This document shows, one piece after another, positions 54,835-64,000 of a stretch of 64,000 nt of DNA. Each line of letters begins with the position of its first letter. The stretch's first letter is position 1. Location of the stretch: positions 6,882,001-6,946,000 of the forward strand of contig CM022679.1 in assembly GCA_012295275.1 (NCBI GenBank), given 5' to 3'. Position numbers and translations under genes: made by a program. Source of the DNA: Chrysomallon squamiferum (Eukaryota; Animalia; Mollusca). Under the pieces are notes generated by a model. That model was given only the letters and a program-made list of their open reading frames with translations, was not told where the DNA came from and searched no databases.

Positions 54835-57188
54835 GTAAGGTCTTCCATTTTCATTTATATTTTTTTTATTCTTTCACTTTTTGTTTGCTGAATGTTTTAT
54901 TTGTATGTGTGTATCTTTATTTATTGCACTGTTTTTCTAACATTAACATATAATTTTATTTAAGTTTTTTTGTCTCTTATTTTTTTTTCTCTTTAAACTT
55001 GATACTTTTTCTATAATTGTTTTACTTTTTTATTTAATATTATCAAAAATCTTTATAATTTCTGTACTTTATACATGGTTTTGAGATGAGGATGTGTTTT
55101 TGAATGCACTTAGATAAATGGATGAAAGGAAGAGATAAGCAGATGGAAACTGAAGAGAAAAAAGCAATTTGTGTTCAAATGTCCGTAATTATAAATGTCA
55201 GTTAATTTATAAGTGATAGTTAAGATTATTTTTTTCACCTTCATAATTACACAGACCTACCTTGTGATTAGTTATAATAATGAATACTGATGGCAGCTTA
55301 CATGCAGCAGCTGAAAAATGGACTGTTGAGACTGTCTTGTAAAACAACACAGTAATATGTACTTGTGACTTCAGTGATGATGTTGTTTGTAAAAGGCAGA
55401 TTGATTTGTCAGCTACTTCCTTGTTCTTTACTGTGACTCAAAGACGTGCACCTGCTGTTCACAAGTAATGTCATTTACAATCTACTTCACATTTTACATC
55501 AGTTTTAGTGGTGGGTTTGGGTAGAGATTTCACAGGTTTATTGTTAGTAGTGAGGTTGGGGTTTGGATTAGGATATAATTTTCCTAAGCATTTTGATTAG
55601 GAATAAAGACATTTTGTTTTTTTTACCATTAGATATGTTAACATTTGAACTGGGGGTTAAAATTAAGATTAGGGTATGAAATGATGCATTTTACATATAA
55701 TTATTTACAGACTAAATATTTTAAATGTGGTCTGGAAATCTAGATTCTATTATTAAGTACACTAAGTAGTTAGACAATGCAGTGTATTCAACATCTGTTA
55801 TATCTTTTCAGTTTTCTGATTTTAATGTCTGATATCATATTAGACACAAAAATATTTTAATTTTTTTTTTTTTTTTTTTTTTTTGTAGTATTTATTTATT
55901 TATTTATTTATTTACATAGATTAAGTCATGGATTTTAATCACCAAATATAGAGCACTGGCAGATATTGGAAATTACTCACTAGACATATTAAGGAGGATT
56001 GATCATTTTACCTGTCATGCTTCTGACAAAAGTTTTAGAAACGTCTGAGTCATATATGGTGTCAAATTGTATAAAATGAATATGAACTCACAAACATAAG
56101 CAATTTAAAATAAATATATATTTTATTTTATTCTGATTTTTAATTTTTTTTTTTAGACACAATGAAATTTTTAAAGCAAAATTTTCTTTACTTTTATCTA
56201 TATAACATTTTTTTTAATTACCTTTCTTAGCTTGTGTTTCTCATTTTTTGAAACATTCATAAAATCCTGTACTTAAGAACATTAACCCAGAAAACAAATG
56301 TGACAGACAAAAATTGATTATAATCTGTTCGAGAGACCCTTCTGTGGCTGCTTCTTTAAATGGCATTCAATGTGCAAGTGTTGAAAATACCATTATACAT
56401 ACTAACTCAATTCTTTGGAAATTGCTTCTAGAATGTTTCTGCGTAAAATCTTCTTCAAGTAGTGACACTGGGTTTAAGATTTAATTCTTGGAATGATGTA
56501 TTTTTATCTCTTATGTTTACCTACTGTGGAGACTGGAACAGCTGGGACATAACCTCAGAAGATTTTATCTTTTTTTTTTTTTTTTTTTAAATCTTTTTTT
56601 TGAATACAAGAAAATAATGACCATTCAAATAAAGAAGTTGAGAAAGACATCTTATGTTATTTAGAGCAAAATATAGCAACACACATCTGGCTTGAACACT
56701 CAATAAAAAAAATCTAGGTTGTCTGTCTAACATAATGCAAACGTTAGTATGTTAGATGATTTGTAGTAAAGAACTGATGTATATGAATTTATTTATTGCA
56801 GAAGCAGGTGTATGTATTCAATCCCTGCATCTATAAGCTTTGCAAAAAACAATATTTTCTTTTACTGGTCCTGTTTGTAATTACTGAGATGGTGAAGTAT
56901 TATTGATTGGATTGAACTTTCTAAACTGGTTAGTAAGTGTTTTGTTGGATTAAGGGTTACATTAGATTAATAATATCAGCATGCATTTATCAGAGCGGTG
57001 AAACAGGTGCATGTGTTGTTTTGGGGTTTTTTCATTGTATCATTCAGATAATACGCATTAAAAGTTTGAAGACATATACAATGTGCATGGTAATCTAGTT
57101 AGATGATGTAGCTGCTTGATGAAATATGTCATCACTGCTGAGACTCTGAATTTTGATGAAGTGTAAATTAACCCAGTTCTGATGTCTG

Positions 57189-57580
57189 GAGGGGAGCAAG
57201 ATTTAGTTCAGTGGCAGAACTATCTGATTATTGGATCAATAGGCCTTAATAAAACCATTTGATAAAAGAAGGAAAGAAGACATATTTGTATTTAATAACA
57301 TATTCTGCAGATTTTTAATCAAAGTAAAATGGATTTTTATACTTCCACATGGCTCTAGATAGACAATAAGAGAGAAATCTGTGGCCTCTTACAACAGCTA
57401 ACTTATTTTTTTTCAATAGCTTGCAAGAGATCGTTTTTATGAAACTTTACAGAGACTGGAAAGATCACAGCACTACTCAGAGATGAGACACAGGTGGAGC
57501 AGATATCAGTCCAGAACAAGATCAGAAAAGATTAATCTTATGATCAATGATCCTTTATGACACAGAAGCAGAATACACAC
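57189..57580. mobile_element. SINE-like 5' head (+) abutting a longer decayed copy (-)
   Basis: ggggagcaagatttagttcagtggcagaac (A-box-like) on +, followed from about 57265 by aaagaaggaaagaag...gcaagagatcgtttttatgaaacttt (core on -). Confidence 0.5.
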
Positions 57581-58505
57581 TTTAGATTAAGATTACCATG
57601 AAAAGAAATATGAATTTAATGGCAGTCATAAACTCATCTAATGATTAGTTAACAAGAGCTTGGTTGTAGTAAATTTGTTTTATTTAATGCACCATGAATT
57701 CAGCAACAAAACCTGTCTGTATATACCTACTGGATTAAGTACACATGCCTAGAATATCAAAAGCAATGATCTTATAAACAAATTGGATCAAACACAACAA
57801 AAATATGATGTAATAAACACATTAGATTAAAATGTACTATGTCTGAAGAATCAAAGGCCATGATGAATATTTTCTTTTTTTGTTCTTTTTTTTTGTAAAG
57901 GATGTACATAAAATATATTCTCACAGAAGAAAGTATTTTTGAATTTAAAAGATTTAAGATCACTTTTTGGAAAGATAAAAAATAAAAATTATAAAGAAAC
58001 AAAGAATCCCCCCTAAAATCTCAGAGAATAAAACAATAAATCATTTATATTTTTTAAGCAGTTTTAATAATGCAATGCACATTTTATAGCTTTATACAGC
58101 ACTAAATATTTTATTAAATTTAAAAAAAAAAGCAAAAAAAAACCCAAAATAACCCAAACAAACAAAAAACAACAATAACAAAGCAAAAACAAAACAAAAA
58201 CAGCAAAAAACCCCAAACAAACAAAAAACAATAAAAACAAAAACAAAAAACAACAAAAAAACACAAACAAATAAACAAAAAAACAAATTAATTGTAATTC
58301 AAAATAAAATTATTTTTCATTATATGCTCAAGACTACTATATATCTGGATTTTTAAGATACAAAACCTTCTTCATCATGAAGAGAATGCACCAAATTTCA
58401 TTTGTAAGAGGAACCTCAGGAAAGCAAGTGGAATCTGCAGAAACATGAACATTATTATTATTTCATTTATTTTTATTATCTATTTTTTATTATTATTATT
58501 ATTAC

Positions 58506-58536
<31 letters not shown>

Positions 58537-59602
58537 TAAATTTTTTATACTTTTTTTTTTTAGCCTGTCATTTCTGGGGAATAATAGTTTTGTAAAATAT
58601 ATATATGTTTTTCTTTTGAACTATACATAATTAAATATTACAATTAAATAGTTATCAAAAATAGTTATTCCATTTTTCAAAGAAATTCCTTTTAATAATG
58701 TAAAATAATTGAAATAATTACAAAAACTGGAGTAATAGTTTAATAACAACCAAGGACAATGAATTTGACCTTAGAATTTTCTTTTCATTACTAGTAAATA
58801 CATAAGGTTTTCAATAGTAACCAAAGACAGTCAATTTAACCTTACAAATTCCAATCTGCCTCCTTGGTTATGGCATATTAGGTCATTTTTACATGTAACA
58901 GTCCAGTAGTAATAGGCTCAGGCTTCTAACACTGTAAATAATGTGTGGAGATAATTAATTATTGCAACCACAGATTGTAACAGAATAATAGACCACCATG
59001 TTTTTATTAGTTTTTTCCATTGATTATTGTAAAAAAAAATTCAGTACCAAGTATTATATTGTGGATTATTTTGAAATCCATGGTTTCTAGTAAATCAGTT
59101 CCTGTAAATCTGGTCACTATTGTCTTAGCCTGGAATTTAAAGTGCAACAACAATAACAAAAATAACAATAGAAAGATAATAACAAAGGAATAATTTGGCT
59201 TTGTTTTATAATAATTTCAGCAGAGCTGAATTGGAAATACTTCATAGTATATTCAGTATAAGAGACAAAATAATGGAAAAGGACATTCTCTGTTTTAATC
59301 ATAATTGTATATGCTAGTAATTCATTCTCTTTCTCTCTCCTGTCTGGCTGTCAGTAATTCTGCTACTCACTCTGCTTCACTGTTCCAGCTGGTCTATTTC
59401 ATTTTCCAGTCAGTGTTATTTGGTTTACCAAAGGTTATATATTGTATTGGGCCTCCTGTTACAGTGCACGTAACATAAAATCCTTGCACTAATCAAATGT
59501 GAAAATTGCAGTGGTGATTGTAGATTTCCTTTCTCATCATTATACAAAAACTATACAGAGTTCCTATTAACATTCAGTCGTATTTGTCTCTCTGCCTATA
59601 TA

Positions 59603-59604
<2 letters not shown>

Positions 59605-59645
<41 letters not shown>

Positions 59646-59819
59646 ATGTAAAAGCCCATGCAGTGAAAAAAACAAAACATTGTTTTGGTAGATGCATTTA
59701 AAACAAAAAATCAGACAAGGTGAGTGACAGAAAAAACCTGACTTCTAGCAAATTAATTTATTTTCATACTCAGACTGCACTAAAAGATTGCCTATAAAAA
59801 AAAAAAAAAGAGAGAGAGA

Positions 59820-59855
<36 letters not shown>
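59605..59855. repeat. (TG)n tract and downstream A-run/(GA)n/(AC)n tract
   Basis: (TG)n at about 59605-59643 and (AC)n at about 59821-59855. Confidence 0.9.
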
Positions 59856-59856
<1 letters not shown>

Positions 59857-62329
59857 TTAGTTATTAAATCTGATATTTTAAAAAAATTATTAAATATGAT
59901 ATAAATCACATCAGATAGTTGATATTCTGTACAATTCTTTTCCCTCTTGAATGCATATGGTTTCTTCTTTGCTCTTGGAGTAAAACAGATAAATAAATAA
60001 TCTTTGTCATTTTATTGTTGATATTTTGCATGGTGTTCCAAACACAGTAGTAAAATATATCACTGGTCTTGTATTCCAAGAAATTAACTACAATAAATGT
60101 AATACTAAATGATCCTAATCATAAATTTTTGAACAAATTTCAGTACTATATATAATGTTTAATACTTTGTATAATTTATAACAAAACATGATAATCTATT
60201 CACATAACTAATGTGACCAATGTAGATATAGTGGTAACCAACAGTTAAATATAATTTATGCTCTAAATCTAGATATTATGATAAGGAGTTGTTTTACAAT
60301 GTGCATTATATATATTCAGTCTCTCATGATAACCAGTTCTTCCACATCTTTGACAAATTGTCAACGGTTTAATATTAAAATGAATCTATTTTCAATAAAG
60401 ATTTTAATTTCTTTAGTTTCCATTTCTGTGAACATTTTGGATAAGATTAATACTATATCACATACATATATGTGTATGTATATATACATATATATATTTT
60501 TTTAAATGTAACAAATGTGGTATATGATTTATTTGATTCTTAAAAATATTAATTTTTGTTTTTATGGTACTTATACGGTTATTTAAGTGATCGTGTTGAA
60601 AAACTGAATGAAATGATTGTTCAGATTCTGTCCTCAGTAACAACTGAGAGAAAAAAAAAAATTAAAATTAAATTATGAATGGTCTGGTTACGTTATGTGA
60701 TTTCCTGAGTTTATCACACATGAGTGGATTATTCTATATTATTGTGTAATTCCATGGAAAAACCCATCTCATTCTAATAACTCCAGATAAGAATCATGTC
60801 CAGCTAGTTTCCTACACTGGACAAAATTCGGTTTAGAGATCTTTTAGAATGACAGAAGGAAGAAAATACAAACAGATAAATTTCGATTAATGGATTAAAA
60901 AGGGTGGAGGGTGTACACCATTAAAACTGAATGTTCATTTATATGGGCAATGTAATAAAACTCGTAATAAAGCCACTGGATCACAGATTGAATAATACAG
61001 TAAAGCACCCAGGAAAATAATTTAATGAGCACCAGTTTAAACAATAGTTATTTACAGTTTATTTATGGCTATAATAAACAGAGGGATAGAAAGGAAGATG
61101 GTGTGGAGAAAGAGAGAGAATTAGAAAGATAATAGCTATTTAAATTAAAACAAATGATGTTGGGTTATTTGGATCTTTTATTTGTTTGTTTATTTATTTA
61201 TTTATTTGTTCATTTATTCATTCATTCATTTATTTATTTATTTATTTATTTTATTTATATTTGTTTTATTATTTATTTAATCATTATCATTGTTGGTTTC
61301 ATTTATTTGCAGTGCATAAGAAGGATTTAATATACCCATTAAATTTTAATTTCTATTTTTATGTAGCTTCATTATTCAGGGCTTAAATGTAGAAGCAAGT
61401 TTCAAATGTGTCAGAGTTTTCTCATCAGTTATTTCAGTATATTAAAATTTTTGTTCCTTACATGCACTTCAATGGGATTTGTTTACTCAACTAAATGTTA
61501 AGAGATTGTTTGTACACCTATATAATATGTCATTACATGTTTAATTCATTGATAAATGCAACATGTAGTGTTTGTTGTTTTCATCCTAAAATTTGAAAGA
61601 AATTAATTTATATGTAAACAAATATTTGTTCCTTTTATCTTTTATCCATTGTTTTTCTTTTATCATATTATTTTTACAGTTTCTATAATTATTATTATTG
61701 ATAAATGAGTTTGAGGGTGAGTGTGAATGTAACTGCGCATGTATGTGTGGGTATGAGTTTGCATAACTCTGTTTATAATTCATTTGGTTCTGGGGTTTTA
61801 TACCTCTGAGTGCATTTGTAGGCATGTTGTATTATTATTTTTTGTGTATAGGTATATTTTTGTTTTTTGTGTTGGTGCATTTTTATTTTTTTATTTCTCT
61901 ATTTCATTTTCATATACATCCTTATATATAAATCTACATATGATAAATCTCGTTAAGCCAGTGACCACCTTTATGCTTTGGATTTTTAGTAAGACTGGTT
62001 ATAAAACTGGGTCTTGGACCCAAACAATCACATCAGTATTCCCAGTTCATGTAACCTCCCCCAGGCTCTGTTCATTCATAAAGAGCTTTGAGCACAGACT
62101 GGGACAGACAGAGAATTGAAAATATGGATTTGTTTTGCTTGGAGAGATCTACACATAATCTGTTTGTAGAAAATGACACTAATATTTGTTCCTTGTCAGT
62201 TTGTAATTTCTTTCCAATCCAGTCTATTGATCAGCAAAGCCTGGAAAACTTTGATGAAGATTTCCATGGTCTGGCCAACATGATATCCTCTGACTGATGT
62301 TGAGTGGTCAGTGGAGTTGACAGGTTTTG

Positions 62330-62603
62330 CATGAATGAATATGGCAGCATCGATGAAAGGTCCATATGAATGAAAACAGCAGTGTAGATGACAAGTTCCA
62401 TATGAATGAATACAGCAGCATAGATGACAAGTTCCATATGAATAAATACTGAAGTATAGATGACAAGTTCCATATAAATGAATACAGAAGTATAGCTTAC
62501 AATTTCCATCTGACTGAATACAAAGACCAGATAAATAAATATAACACAGTTGACAAGTAACAGCAACAGAGTTGACATGGGCCCCATGAATGAATACAGC
62601 AGC
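62330..62603. repeat. 36-bp minisatellite (about 4 good plus 2-3 decayed copies)
   Basis: ccatatgaatgaatacagcagcatagatgacaagtt units; they produce the MELVIYTxVFIH periodicity of the minus-strand ORF. Confidence 0.9.
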
Positions 62604-62874
62604 TTTGTTAAATGACAGTTGTGTATTTTTTCAGTCATCTGTCAGTGTTGTCAACTAATGATAACTTCAACTTATTTGGTGGTTTTTTTATAATTTATAA
62701 TAACCTTTTAAACTGTAATTATTCTAATTTATTCTAATTTTTTAAATGGTATTTATATTTTGACAAAAATGACTTTCAAATTTTATTGTTTGTATATAAT
62801 ATATACACTAATAAATTTGTAATTAGAGTGAATAAATGTTTGTTAGTTACTGAAATTGTAACACATTTTTAATG

Positions 62875-62968
62875 GATTTTTTTCACTAATTATATTCATA
62901 TATATTTTTCTTTTAGTTTATGATTTTTTTCACTAATTATATTCATATATATTTTTCTTTTAGTTTTA
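62875..62968. repeat. Tandem duplication with 57-bp period
   Basis: gatttttttcactaattatattcatatatatttttcttttagttt starts at 62875 and again at 62932. Confidence 0.85.
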
Positions 62969-63259
62969 TTTTAGTGTTATTCTGGTTTTCCTTTATCTAT
63001 TAATAACACATATCTCGTGTTCATAAAATACATATTAATGAAACTGATATATCTTGCACGTGAAAGATGCATCCAACAAATAGCTTTCAGCTTGGTTAAT
63101 CTGAATATTATTATGACTGACATTAAAAAGTAACAAATCTTTGTACTGAAATTAAGGTGGTTAAAATAACATTTTTCAATTCCATCTTTCATAGACTCAT
63201 TGACAGAAAGCTGCCAGCTGATCCGCAGTTTGAATTAGTTTTTGTTTTTTGATTTATCA

Positions 63260-63560
63260 AGGGAAAAGACTTTATCTCAGTGGTAGAGTAGATGTCTTAG
63301 ATATGGCTCTTTGCAGGATTAAATCTACTGTGTTCTGCTGGGCTGTTTTGTTCCAGTTAGAGTTCCAAGGCCCAGACGAATGATTTATCAAACATATTGA
63401 AATTTATTCTTCTGTCCTGGGAAGATGTATATAAATGATTCCATGCTCCAAATTTTTAAAAGCGGTCAGTGTAGTGATGTCAGTAGATTTTCTGTGTTAA
63501 CATCATTATCAAAAAATTGGTTTTTTTTGTATAATCATTAACATTAAATTATACTGAGGT
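63260..63560 (+). mobile_element. Decayed tRNA-headed SINE-like copy
   Basis: tatctcagtggtagag (A-box-like), ggattaaatc (B-box-like), gggctgttttgttccag, gggaagatgtatataaatgattccatgct (family core). Confidence 0.65.
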
Positions 63561-64000
63561 GTTAAATATTCATTCAATTATTTTATAAATTTTACAATTT
63601 GGATGAGTAATCATATATTACTGAAAAAGACTGTTGACCCTGATTTACTAGTTAACACTGAGAATTATCAACCTAAGACATTGATGACTTAGTGAAATAT
63701 TTTTCACTGATGATGTATGAGGATTCCAAGGTTACTGTTACTAATAGCTGTTTAATATTTTTAACTGGACAGTTCAGTATAAAATGCACTAACTTATAGA
63801 TATGAAATGGAAGATAAATCTACTTAGCTGTGAATATTGATTTAAAATTGATGTACAGATTATCAATAACTTGGGTTTCACTCTTTTTATTAAGTCTACC
63901 TTTTTAAACATAATGCTAGTCAGCCATTTATATTGTTTTTCTGGCAGTCTTCATTGTGGGCTATGTTGATTACAGCAATTCATTTTTAAAGTCATATAAT

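Larger units (their letters stand above)
54835..64000 (+). other. PKG intron continuing beyond the window
   Basis: GTAAGG donor at 54835. I found no FGELA-containing next exon in the remaining 9 kb, and CpG depletion continues to the end. Confidence 0.75.

Noticed and set aside
55505-55680. G-rich gggtttggg/ttaggg-like stretch (telomeric repeat or G-quadruplex?)
   Set aside because: Only scattered degenerate units, with no tandem TTAGGG array and no compact four-G-run motif.
57195-57240. tRNA-like sequence (also 63270-63330)
   Set aside because: Only A-box-like remnants with no cloverleaf; better explained as SINE heads.
59711-59725. Consensus donor AAG|GTGAGT in the second intron
   Set aside because: No nearby pyrimidine-tract acceptor or PKG-like coding sequence upstream; isolated matches are expected by chance.

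Overview
AT-rich eukaryotic (animal) genomic DNA, dense in microsatellites. The one recognisable gene is the 5' part of a cGMP-dependent protein kinase (PKG/PRKG1, foraging-like) on the + strand. Its first coding exon (about 42144-42947) carries the leucine zipper and the pseudosubstrate motif KKQGVSGES. An 11.7-kb phase-2 intron joins it to a 167-nt exon (54668-54834) that starts cNMP-binding domain A; I found no further exon in the window. From memory the peptide (MGNGAS...HHEKDFRSKQLIKDAIL) closely resembles Aplysia PKG, so a mollusc, probably a gastropod, is inferred. The remainder is non-coding: decayed copies of one tRNA-headed SINE-like family, a TA-flanked Tigger/pogo-type MITE, several minisatellites and an unidentified decayed coding-like relic near 31 kb. 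CpG drops sharply just after the first coding exon. Most entries in the ORF track are microsatellite or low-complexity artefacts. I see no prokaryotic-type system such as CRISPR or an operon. The best leads concern regulation and isoforms of the PKG locus, and all are hypotheses.
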